This document shows positions 27,376-36,203 of a DNA stretch of 64,000 nucleotides, piece by piece (position 1 is the first letter of the stretch; each line of letters begins with the position of its first letter). The notes beneath the pieces were generated by a model. It ran no database searches, had not been told where the DNA came from, and was given only the letters and a program-made list of their open reading frames with translations. Position numbers and translations under genes: made by a program. Source of the stretch: Schmidtea polychroa (Eukaryota); assembly GCA_044892525.1 (NCBI GenBank), contig CM097885.1:11782001-11846000 (forward strand), in the 5' to 3' direction.

Positions 27376-28219
27376 TATTCTTCACTTTTTTACCCCATAT
27401 TCTTCACTTTTTTTAACTTTTAAACTTTGTCCCCTATTGCCATTAACCCTTAATTTCTTCCCTTAAAAGTAAAAAAGTTCGGAATAGATGTATTTATAGA
27501 TTAGTAATTCCGAGAAAAGGTAACGGGGTGCATAGATTCCTCACTACTTGGTCTTAAGGATTTAATGTTATAAGGATTTAATGTTATAAGAATATCAGAT
27601 TACCTAATTCATAATGATCTAGGTCGCCTGATCACCTTAAGGTTTTGAAAGTTTTAAAAATAAAAAATTTTATGAAAATAGTAAAACTGCTCTGAGAGGA
27701 CAGTGGTATTTTTTTTTTTTTTTTTTTTTTTCACTGTCCCCTCAACAGTTTTTTTTGATCCGGATCATTTTTTTTACTTATCAACCTCTTTCGTTTATCG
27801 AATCTCTTCCAATATACAAGCTGGCCAGACTCATACATCAGAATCAATCCGATAATAGCAGCACGCCTTATTATTCGCTTCTCGCTCACGAAGTCGATTT
27901 CAACGGCGTTTTAAGTGTGCTGCTCGAAAGTACAAATGAATTCGAAAGCGAATCCGAAAGAGGTCCGAAAACAACTGAGAAATAAATGTGCACATTACCG
28001 GGATCGATCCGGGGGAGTTCGAAAGACAGGTGGCGATAATTACCGGTTCGCCACCATCACCCGTTTCAATATTTTTTTTTTCATATTTATGTTTAAAAAA
28101 TAATTAATTAATAAAAAAATAAAATAAAATATACAAGTACTTTATAAATATAAGATACCCACACTATTTTCAATATTATTTTCAAATTTTTAATATTATT
28201 TTATGTTGAAAAAAAAACT

Positions 28220-28293
28220 AACCTCAGATGTGATTTGAACCACTATCCATTTGAACCACTGTGCCAGTCTATTCCCACTGCGCCATCAAGGTT
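28220..28293 (-). ncRNA. tRNA-like RNA polymerase III unit 1 (putative)
   Basis: A-box TGGCGCAGTGG (28285-28275), B-box GGTTCAAATC (28241-28232), terminal stem AACCTTG/TGAGGTT, and a T9 terminator at 28217-28209. Confidence 0.6.
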
Positions 28294-28539
28294 TGAATTT
28301 TTGTCATTTTTTAGACTATAAATAATCGATTCAAGTTCTTTAACTCTTTCCTGTAATTGTTTCATTTTCTTCAATCTTATATCAGCAACATCTACAGCCT
28401 TCATATAAAAATGTCGATACTTTTCATTATCTACCATCAACTCTTTGATGTATTCTAATGGTTCTTCTTCTCTTCTTTTCATTCTCTTATGTTTAACTTC
28501 ATTCAATTCATTTCTCATTCTTTCTTTTAACTCATCCAT
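28243..28539 (-). CDS. Small coiled-coil hypothetical protein
   Basis: 98-aa charged helical ORF with the AAAATG start context used by the other viral genes; its 3' end overlaps Pol III unit 1. Confidence 0.6.
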   Translation of the reverse strand: MDELKERMRNELNEVKHKRMKRREEEPLEYIKELMVDNEKYRHFYMKAVDVADIRLKKMKQLQERVKELESIIYSLKNDKNSNLDGAVGIDWHSGSNG

Positions 28540-28706
28540 TTTTATAAATATTTTTTTATTGGATATATTAATTTTTGGTAGTTAAAACGTTTTTGATCTT
28601 AAATTTCCAAGAGTTGCCGTTGACCAATCACCTTAAAAATTTGTAAAAGTACTAAATCGAGTATGCTGATCAATATTTTGTTTAAAAAAAAATATCGAAA
28701 AAAATT

Positions 28707-28779
28707 GACCAAAATCGAAAATTGAACCCGGTACTCCCGGTGATAAAATTGAAGCCTATTCCCACTCCGCTATAATGGC
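28707..28779 (-). ncRNA. tRNA-like RNA polymerase III unit 2 (putative, degenerate)
   Basis: 73 nt: GCCATTA, A-box TAGCGGAGTGG, T-arm CCGGGTTCAATT, 3' TTTTGGTC, then a T7 run. Shares AGTGGGAATAG with unit 1. Confidence 0.55.
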
Positions 28780-28837
28780 TTACATAATATATTTAATTAA
28801 TCCTATTGTGTGTGTGTGTAAATTTTAATATATAAAA

Positions 28838-30130
28838 ATGAATAACATAAATCTTAAAATTCAAGAAAAAAATAAATTAAATCTTGATTATAATAAAGAA
28901 TTTACTCATGAAATTAAAAAAAATGATATTTTAAAAATCTCTCCAACTTCAGGATCTATTGCAAACTTAAATCGTAGGGGTGATATAGTTTTTCAATCTC
29001 TTCAAACATCAAACCCTATAGATATTTGTAATGCCAAATTATATTATAAAATCGAATTAGAAATTGAAACAAACAAAGATATAACCCTAGAAAATAATTT
29101 CTTTCCAAATTTATTCTCCAACATGAGATTAAAACTAGGATCATCAGAAATTGAAACTGTTTTGCATCCGGGAGTATATTCTACAATGTTAAATTTTATT
29201 TTGACTGGTTGTGATTATAAAAACGAATATGGTGAATTAACAGGTTGGATTCCTGATGTTAATAAAGGGGATTTAGATAAAGATGGTTTAGATGTAAACC
29301 ATGGTTACCATAAAAGAGCTGAACTTTATAAATCTAAAAAATTTGAAGGTTATTTTGAATTAAAACACTTGTTTGGATTCCTTCAAAACTATAATCGTAT
29401 ACTTCATAATGTTTTTATAGAATTCATCTGTAATAGAGTAGAAGGTGATAAAAGATTGTTCTATGGAGCTGTAGATACAAAAGCTAAATTAAAATTATCA
29501 ACACTTGAATTACATATACCTGAATGGACAATAAACCCACATTCTGAGATTAAACTCCTTGAAAGATTAAATTCCAACAAGTCTATAAATGTAAATTATT
29601 TAAATAGAATCTGTAGTGAATTTAGTATGACAGAGGGTTCAACATATTCTATAAAGGTAGCAAATTTAGCATACCGACCAAGATATATCTTGATTGGATT
29701 CAAAGAAGTAGATTCATCTTTCCAAAAAAATAACAACTTGTTTATTCAAAAGATTGGAGTTGATAATTTAAAAACAATCCAAATTCAATTAAATAGTTCT
29801 TATTATCCAATAAATAGAATGGAATTTAATATTGAAAATAATGAAAACATATTCCCATATCTAAATTATATTGAAACATGTTATGATTTCAAAGTTGAAC
29901 CGCAATTAAGTTTAGAAGATTTCAAAAATTTATATTCTATATTTTGTATAAATGTTTCAGACCAAGATGATCGCCTAGCCATAAATAATGTTGATGTTAC
30001 ACTTCATGTAACAAAGGATTCTAATTTTAAAGCTAAAGTATATACATTAATATTAGAAGAAAAGAAAATAGAAATGAAATTATATGGTGGAAAGATTTCA
30101 ATAATCGAAAATGTTAGGGGAGATTCTTAA
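28838..30130 (+). CDS. Major capsid protein (double jelly-roll, Polinton PY/adintovirus hexon)
   Basis: 430 aa, beta-rich, with ENNFFPNLFS.MRL.LG..EIE...PG..ST, GWIPD, RPRYILIGF and IQLNSSYYP motifs typical of Polinton MCPs; gene context supports this. Confidence 0.85.
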   Translation: MNNINLKIQEKNKLNLDYNKEFTHEIKKNDILKISPTSGSIANLNRRGDIVFQSLQTSNPIDICNAKLYYKIELEIETNKDITLENNFFPNLFSNMRLKLGSSEIETVLHPGVYSTMLNFILTGCDYKNEYGELTGWIPDVNKGDLDKDGLDVNHGYHKRAELYKSKKFEGYFELKHLFGFLQNYNRILHNVFIEFICNRVEGDKRLFYGAVDTKAKLKLSTLELHIPEWTINPHSEIKLLERLNSNKSINVNYLNRICSEFSMTEGSTYSIKVANLAYRPRYILIGFKEVDSSFQKNNNLFIQKIGVDNLKTIQIQLNSSYYPINRMEFNIENNENIFPYLNYIETCYDFKVEPQLSLEDFKNLYSIFCINVSDQDDRLAINNVDVTLHVTKDSNFKAKVYTLILEEKKIEMKLYGGKISIIENVRGDS

Positions 30131-30147
30131 TATTTTAACATTTTAAA

Positions 30148-31557
30148 ATGTCTTTAAATAAATATTGGAGATGTGAAACTTGTAATTGTCAAGTTACAAG
30201 ACATCATAAAGCAAGCCATCTTAAAACTAAAAAACATACAGTAGGTGACCTAATTCCACGAGCTGGAGGCGATTTGCAATCTTCAAAAACAACATCTTCA
30301 ATATTAAAACCTTTTACTACAGAAAAATATCCAGGTGAAAGACATTTATTTAAACACAACTATACTGGACCAGGAACAAGATTAGATATTAGATTAGATG
30401 AAAATAATAATCCCAAACAAGTAGAAGAACCAATAAATAGAATTGATCAAGCAGCTTTAAAACATGACATTGCATACAATTCAACAAATCTTAGAGATAG
30501 ACATGTTGCAGATGTGAATTTAATACATGATTTAAATAGTATCCAAAATCCATCAACCCAAGAAAAGATTCAAAGAGCTCTAGTTAAATTAGCAATGAAA
30601 GGTAAGATTTTCATAGGCTTAGGACACAGTCCGATCACCATGGGTGCAAGACTTCCTAGAATAGCAAAAGATGTTGCTTATAAAAAGATTATCGAACAAG
30701 CAGAGATTGAAAGATCCCTCGAGAGTACAGCCAAGACTAGTTTACAAACCCCAACAGAATCAGAAATAAAATATGCAAAGGAATTACACCATGAATTTAG
30801 AAAAAATAAAAAATATTTAAAAGTTCAAGTACATGAAAAAGATCAAACATGGTCTGCAGATTTAGTCTTTATGCCCAAATCATCAGACCCTGAAAAATAT
30901 AAAATAATTTTAACTGTAATAGATTTATATACAAGATTTGCTTTTGCAAGATGTTTAGAAAATAAAACAGGATATTCTATTACAGAAGCATTTGAAAATA
31001 TATTTGAAGAAAATCAAAGAATCCCAAAATATTTATGGTGTGATAAAGGAACAGAATTTTATAACAAAGTTTTTACAAAGTTTTTAAATGAAAATGATAT
31101 AAAATTATATTCAACAGAAAACGAAGGAAAAGCAGTCGTAGTTGAAAGATTAAATAGAACATTAAAAAATAAAATGTGGAAATATTTTACTGCTATTGGA
31201 AAACAAAAATGGAACAATGAATTGTTACAAAAGATTGTAAATGAATATAATAATGATGTACATAGTTCTATAAAATTAACACCTTTAAATGCTTCCATGA
31301 AGCCTGAAACCATTAAAGTGGTAAATATTGAAAATGATGTTATTGAAAAACCAAAGTTTAAAATTGGTGACCGAGTAAGAATATTTAAATATAAAAATAA
31401 ATTTGAAAAAGGATTCACAGCAAAATGGACAAATGAAATTTTTATTATAAATAAAATACATTATACAACTCCAATAACATATAGCATCATTGATTTAAAT
31501 AATGAAAAAATATTAGGTAGATTTTATAATAATGAACTACAGAAAACAGATTTTTAA
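30148..31557 (+). CDS. Retroviral-type (rve) integrase with N-terminal zinc finger and parvovirus-like PLA2 domain
   Basis: CxxC..HLKTKKH; HNYTGPGT...PINRIDQAALKHDIAY; DDE core WSADL / WCDKGTEF / VERLNRTLK; C-terminal KFKIGDRVRI..FEKG...W..E.F. Confidence 0.93.
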   Translation: MSLNKYWRCETCNCQVTRHHKASHLKTKKHTVGDLIPRAGGDLQSSKTTSSILKPFTTEKYPGERHLFKHNYTGPGTRLDIRLDENNNPKQVEEPINRIDQAALKHDIAYNSTNLRDRHVADVNLIHDLNSIQNPSTQEKIQRALVKLAMKGKIFIGLGHSPITMGARLPRIAKDVAYKKIIEQAEIERSLESTAKTSLQTPTESEIKYAKELHHEFRKNKKYLKVQVHEKDQTWSADLVFMPKSSDPEKYKIILTVIDLYTRFAFARCLENKTGYSITEAFENIFEENQRIPKYLWCDKGTEFYNKVFTKFLNENDIKLYSTENEGKAVVVERLNRTLKNKMWKYFTAIGKQKWNNELLQKIVNEYNNDVHSSIKLTPLNASMKPETIKVVNIENDVIEKPKFKIGDRVRIFKYKNKFEKGFTAKWTNEIFIINKIHYTTPITYSIIDLNNEKILGRFYNNELQKTDF

Positions 31558-31568
31558 GTCGACAAGCC

Positions 31569-32360
31569 CTAAAACAAACTTTTCCATATTTCAGCTTCTT
31601 CTCTATCCAAATAAATATAATTATATTTTTCTTTCCAATGATTATCAACAAACATATCAAACATATTCTTATCAGGTTCAACATTTGAAAATAAATCATT
31701 ATAAATCATATTCTTATCACGGCGATCTAATTTAAAAAATATAAAACAATTGGAATTATTTCTTATTGAATTTTTATCTAAAGCATAATATGTTTGAGAT
31801 ATATAAATAACATTACAATTATTATGTCGACCTCGTGTAAAGTAACTCTTTTGAATCTCTTGATTTTTCATATTAACAACATCATCAAATATAACTAGAT
31901 TCTTTTTATCTTTAGGAAGTAAATCACAATGTAAAACATCTTCAGGTTTATTAGAGAATAAAACTTGAATTGCCTCCTGCCCTTCTTCACAAATATAATC
32001 ATTTTTATTACTAATATCTGATTCTAAAATCTTTTCCTTATACCAATCAACCATATCACAAGGTTGAAAAACTTCTTCAGGACACCTATGTTGATTTTTA
32101 AAAATATCAATTATTGCTTTTTTAGTTAATTTATTTTCAAATCCACATTTCAAAAGTTGTAATTCTGGTTGATTTATGGTTGTAGAATAAAAGATTAAAT
32201 TATTATAATCTAAAAAATCATCTTCAAGTAACATTCTCAAAACAAGTACATTCTTTCCACATCCAGAAGAACCAACAATTAATAATCTAAAATTATCAGG
32301 AAATACTTTATTATTAAATTTACTCTTATGTCTATTTAAAATTGGTTTCCAAATATCCAT
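31569..32360 (-). CDS. A32/FtsK-like genome-packaging ATPase
   Basis: Walker A GSSGCGKN, Walker B LVIFDD, TRGRH..NVIYISQ and IRNN. Start placed at the AAAATG at 32360. Confidence 0.92.
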   Translation of the reverse strand: MDIWKPILNRHKSKFNNKVFPDNFRLLIVGSSGCGKNVLVLRMLLEDDFLDYNNLIFYSTTINQPELQLLKCGFENKLTKKAIIDIFKNQHRCPEEVFQPCDMVDWYKEKILESDISNKNDYICEEGQEAIQVLFSNKPEDVLHCDLLPKDKKNLVIFDDVVNMKNQEIQKSYFTRGRHNNCNVIYISQTYYALDKNSIRNNSNCFIFFKLDRRDKNMIYNDLFSNVEPDKNMFDMFVDNHWKEKYNYIYLDREEAEIWKSLF

Positions 32361-32375
32361 TTTGTTTATTATAAA

Positions 32376-32954
32376 ATGACAACTGAAGAATCTTTGCAAG
32401 AATTAATAAATTCAAATAAAAATAAATCAGTAGTAATTGATGGTAAAAAATATTTTATTGGAAAACATGTAAAAGAACAAGTGAGAGCGAAGATCCACGA
32501 AGCTAAAGAAGGTGGCATTCTTCCATTAGCTGCTTTAATACCTGCAATCATTGCTGGTTTATCAGGTGCTGCTGGAATAGCTGGAGGAATTGCAACTACA
32601 GTTCAAAAAGCTAAAGAATCTCAAAAGACAGACCTAGAAAAAGAAAAACTACAAACTGAAATCGATTCAATGAAGAAGGTAGAGCAAGCTAAAGGGGGAG
32701 TGTCCGTTGGAAAGGGTTTCTATCTTAATCCATATGAGGGGAGTCGGCAAAAGTCTCAGGGCAAAGGTCTCTATCTTGATCCTTATAAAGGTAGAGGTTT
32801 AAATGATTTTTTAAAAAATCAAATTTCTACATCTGAATCTTTATCTTCAAAAGATAAAGAAGATTTTAAAAAAATATGTAAATCTTTAAAGAATGGATGC
32901 CTTTGTAAAACTAAAAATGGTAAAGGATTATACTTGAAGCCCTTCGAACTATGA
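32376..32954 (+). CDS. Core/membrane-active protein resembling adenovirus pX
   Basis: GGILPLAALIPAIIAGLSGAAGIAGG resembles adenovirus pX GGILPLLIPLIAAAIGA; three GKG[F/L]YL.P repeats follow. Confidence 0.75.
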   Translation: MTTEESLQELINSNKNKSVVIDGKKYFIGKHVKEQVRAKIHEAKEGGILPLAALIPAIIAGLSGAAGIAGGIATTVQKAKESQKTDLEKEKLQTEIDSMKKVEQAKGGVSVGKGFYLNPYEGSRQKSQGKGLYLDPYKGRGLNDFLKNQISTSESLSSKDKEDFKKICKSLKNGCLCKTKNGKGLYLKPFEL

Positions 32955-32976
32955 TACCATTTTTGATACCATTAAA

Positions 32977-33858
32977 ATGGTATATGAAGAAAGATTAGCA
33001 CTTTTAAAAAAATTACAATCAGAACAAGATAAATATAATAAAAAAGATACAACTCAACATGCTGAATCTATAATATTAAATGAGGTAATAACACAACAAC
33101 AGGGGCCAACAATTAAAGCTATAAAAGAGTTGGAAGATTTCAATGAGCAAGCAAAATTTAAAGAGTTAGAAGATAAAAAACAAAAAATAAAAGAACTAGA
33201 GTGGCAGGATAAAGAAAAAGAATCCAGTGAAAACCATCCTGAAAGAAATCAAAGAAAACGCAGAAGGATTTCTAATGTGGAAGAAGAAGAAATGTTTTTA
33301 AAAACAAAACCTCTTAAAGTTGATCCTAAAATTAGAGATGATTTACCTCCTTCAATTAGACCCACATTTAATACTAATACTGAAGGATATCAAATAATAA
33401 CAATTAATAAACAAAACTTTACTTTATATTCAAATTCAGAAAATAAATCACGTATTCATTCACAAAATGTTTATAATAATGAATATTTAGACTTTGAATT
33501 TACAGATGATTTTTATAGATTACTTTGTGGATATTCTTCAGATGATGTTGAAGAAATTAAAAAATATTTAAATTTAATAAGATTAATAAGAGCTAGTTCT
33601 AAAGCAAAATATATTCAAGATTTAAAGAATTATTTAAATAAAAATGAAAAGGGTTATGTTGTTACAGAGGGAGAGGGATTAATTAGTGAAGGTGGTAAAC
33701 CAAATCCCATCAATCTTTTTATTGAATTAAGAAAACTATTAGCTGCAAGGAAAGCAGGACATAATAATTTAGATTCTGATATTTTAAAGATTTCTAAAGA
33801 TTTGTTAAAACAAGGAATAATTTCAAAAGATAAATTTAATAAGTATACGAAGTTATAA
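32977..33858 (+). CDS. Conserved Polinton/adintovirus protein of unknown function
   Basis: 293 aa; C-terminal G.G...L..LLAA.KAG.N....I..I...L...GII motif that I recognise from Polinton structural gene blocks. Confidence 0.7.
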   Translation: MVYEERLALLKKLQSEQDKYNKKDTTQHAESIILNEVITQQQGPTIKAIKELEDFNEQAKFKELEDKKQKIKELEWQDKEKESSENHPERNQRKRRRISNVEEEEMFLKTKPLKVDPKIRDDLPPSIRPTFNTNTEGYQIITINKQNFTLYSNSENKSRIHSQNVYNNEYLDFEFTDDFYRLLCGYSSDDVEEIKKYLNLIRLIRASSKAKYIQDLKNYLNKNEKGYVVTEGEGLISEGGKPNPINLFIELRKLLAARKAGHNNLDSDILKISKDLLKQGIISKDKFNKYTKL

Positions 33859-33880
33859 ATACGAAGTTTTAAAATACAAA

Positions 33881-34345
33881 ATGACTCCTTCAATATTAGA
33901 TTTTTTAAAAACATTTGGAATAAATGCAAAAACAAATTTTGATTTAAAAGATTATGCAAATTATTTAAATTTAAAAATTAAAATATTAATGAATGATGAA
34001 TTATCAAGTCTGGAGAGTCCCCTGAATATAATAATCAATTATCAAAATTCAAATGAAAAAGGATCTCATTGGGTTTGTATATATAAGAAATCTATCTACT
34101 TTGATTCTTTTGGGATTAAACCTACTAAAGAAGTTGAAGATTATCTCTTGAGGGGTTCTCCGATTGATTCCCCAAATGGTTATACTTTTAACTCTTTACA
34201 AGTTCAACCTTTGAATACTAAAATATGTGGTATTTTAAGTTTATATGTTTTGTATAGATTGAATAAGGGAGAGGGAAAGGGGCATACGCAGGATTTTGAA
34301 TCTATAATTCAAGAAATTTATAATGATCTAGAATCTCTACTATAA
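33881..34345 (+). CDS. Adenain-like cysteine protease
   Basis: IIN...GSHWV, YFDSFG and VQ....ICG provide the His/Asp/Gln/Cys catalytic set. Confidence 0.92.
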   Translation: MTPSILDFLKTFGINAKTNFDLKDYANYLNLKIKILMNDELSSLESPLNIIINYQNSNEKGSHWVCIYKKSIYFDSFGIKPTKEVEDYLLRGSPIDSPNGYTFNSLQVQPLNTKICGILSLYVLYRLNKGEGKGHTQDFESIIQEIYNDLESLL

Positions 34346-34393
34346 GGATTTTTACTATAAGGATTTTTACTATATGAATTTACTACTAAAGAA

Positions 34394-35158
34394 ATGGAGC
34401 TTCACAACCCTCCGGAAGATAATTTTAAAAAAATGGTAAACATAATGTCAGATAAATATTCAAGAACTTTATCTATAAATTCAAAAGAATCAGAGTTTAC
34501 TATAAACTTTCAAGATTCAATTAAATTAGATCAAAATTTAAATTATGAATTGGGGCTATTATGGTTTTGTGCTTATAATACTATTTTTAATATAACTAAA
34601 GATAATAATAAATTTACTATTCAAACTCGTGATGGGCATAAACCAGAAATTATAACAATAGAACCTGGGGTATATGAGATAAAAGATTTAAATGATATAC
34701 TTTCTAAAAAAACAAATGAAGGTATTAAAATTAAAATGGATATACCAACTTCAAAATGTGTAATGACTTTGAAGAATATAAAAATTAGTTTTTTAGATAA
34801 TTGTTTCTTTCACACAGTTTTAGGATTTAAACCTATGGATATAACAATAAAAGAAGATAAAATAATAACATCAGAACATATTATAAAAATAATAAATACA
34901 AACACAATAAATATTCATTGCGATTGTATAACAGGTTCTTATAATAATGGTAAACAAACAAATGTTTTATATTCCTTTCCCTCAAACACAGTTCCTATGG
35001 GATATAAAATAGTTGAAAGAATGAATCCTCCAAATTATTTACCTTTATGTAGAAAATATATAATGGATATTAATTTTAAAATTCTTAATCAAGAAGGAGA
35101 ATTGATTGATTTTAATGGAGAAGAGATTTCAATGTATTTACATTTGAAACAGGTTTAA
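34394..35158 (+). CDS. Minor capsid protein (penton, single jelly-roll)
   Basis: YELGL, NTIFNI..NNKF, I.PG.YEI, INIHCD.I.GSY.NG, P.GYKI.E....P.Y.P and NQ.GELIDFNGE motifs. Confidence 0.88.
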   Translation: MELHNPPEDNFKKMVNIMSDKYSRTLSINSKESEFTINFQDSIKLDQNLNYELGLLWFCAYNTIFNITKDNNKFTIQTRDGHKPEIITIEPGVYEIKDLNDILSKKTNEGIKIKMDIPTSKCVMTLKNIKISFLDNCFFHTVLGFKPMDITIKEDKIITSEHIIKIINTNTINIHCDCITGSYNNGKQTNVLYSFPSNTVPMGYKIVERMNPPNYLPLCRKYIMDINFKILNQEGELIDFNGEEISMYLHLKQV

Positions 35159-35184
35159 CGAAGTCCATTTTAAATTATTAATAA

Positions 35185-36195
35185 ATGAGTTCTTATATTC
35201 CATGTAATAGAGGTGGTGGAACAATAAAAACAGGGTTTAATACAGAAGAAATATTAACTTTAACAGAAAATAAATATATTAATGAAAGAGGTGATTCAAT
35301 GAAGGGTGATTTAATTTTAAATGGACACAAAATAAAAGAATTATCTTTTCCAACTGATGAAGCTGATGCAGTTAATAAGAAATATGTAGATGGTGTTAAA
35401 AAATATACTGATTTAACAACAACAAGAATTGAAAGTTCATTAACAACAAAAATTGATTCAATGGAATCAAAGCTTAATAATATCGAACAACGATTTAATG
35501 ATAAATTTGACAAGTTACAAAGTCTGTTAACTGAACAAGTTGTAAAGTTAAATACTGCTATATTAAATTCTAAAGATAAACAAATTATGAATACTAAATT
35601 TAATACAATATATAAAATAATAAATGAGATGATTACATCATTTAATAAAAGAATTTCAAATTTAGAGTCTCATGGAACACACATTAACACCACACATAGT
35701 ATTAGAAAAAGAGCTGCTGAATTAGAACAGAATAAAACATTATTACCCCATACATATAAACATTTTATAGAACCAAGTTTAATAACAACAAACAGTAAAG
35801 AATGGGGTGTTTTTATGGTTGTAAAAATTATTGATCCTTATTTCTTTTTGTTTGATGATGATAATGAAAGAATGAAATGGTTTGTGAAATGTGATTATAA
35901 TAGTAAGCTTGAAAAGGGTGATGTTATAATGACTAGTTATGATTTACCACACGGAGATTGGTATGTTAATACTCATTCACATGGACTACATAAAGTTAAA
36001 AGTAAGAATATTCATTTTTCTAGTTCACTTGTACAATATATAGATTTAATATTTTATGAAAAAAAGGTTGATGTTGATGAAGTTCGTAAAGCATTGAGAG
36101 AATTGTATAAAGGTATCCTCTCAACAAGAGTTTCTTTTGATATCCGAGTATTGGTGCCAGATGGTGCTCAGAAGAATAAAGTCTTATTTTTTTAA
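35185..36195 (+). CDS. Putative fibre/spike-like protein
   Basis: GDSMKGDLILNGHKIKELSFPTDEADAVNKKYVD (trimeric fibre/adhesin neck-type repeat), then a long coiled coil and a globular C-terminus; lies directly after the penton gene. Confidence 0.6.
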   Translation: MSSYIPCNRGGGTIKTGFNTEEILTLTENKYINERGDSMKGDLILNGHKIKELSFPTDEADAVNKKYVDGVKKYTDLTTTRIESSLTTKIDSMESKLNNIEQRFNDKFDKLQSLLTEQVVKLNTAILNSKDKQIMNTKFNTIYKIINEMITSFNKRISNLESHGTHINTTHSIRKRAAELEQNKTLLPHTYKHFIEPSLITTNSKEWGVFMVVKIIDPYFFLFDDDNERMKWFVKCDYNSKLEKGDVIMTSYDLPHGDWYVNTHSHGLHKVKSKNIHFSSSLVQYIDLIFYEKKVDVDEVRKALRELYKGILSTRVSFDIRVLVPDGAQKNKVLFF

Positions 36196-36203
36196 TTATT
36201 AAA

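Noticed and set aside
27780..28070. Hammerhead ribozyme, 7SL or RNase P/MRP identity for the structured island
   Set aside because: No complete CTGANGA..GAAA core with stems and no convincing conserved boxes by eye; left unassigned.
27269..28103. Small ORFs over the left TIR and GC-rich island
   Set aside because: Non-ATG starts, no recognisable motifs and overlap with repeats.
28220..28779. Functional canonical tRNA genes
   Set aside because: Anticodon arms do not form and the stems have mismatches, so they are reported as tRNA-like only.
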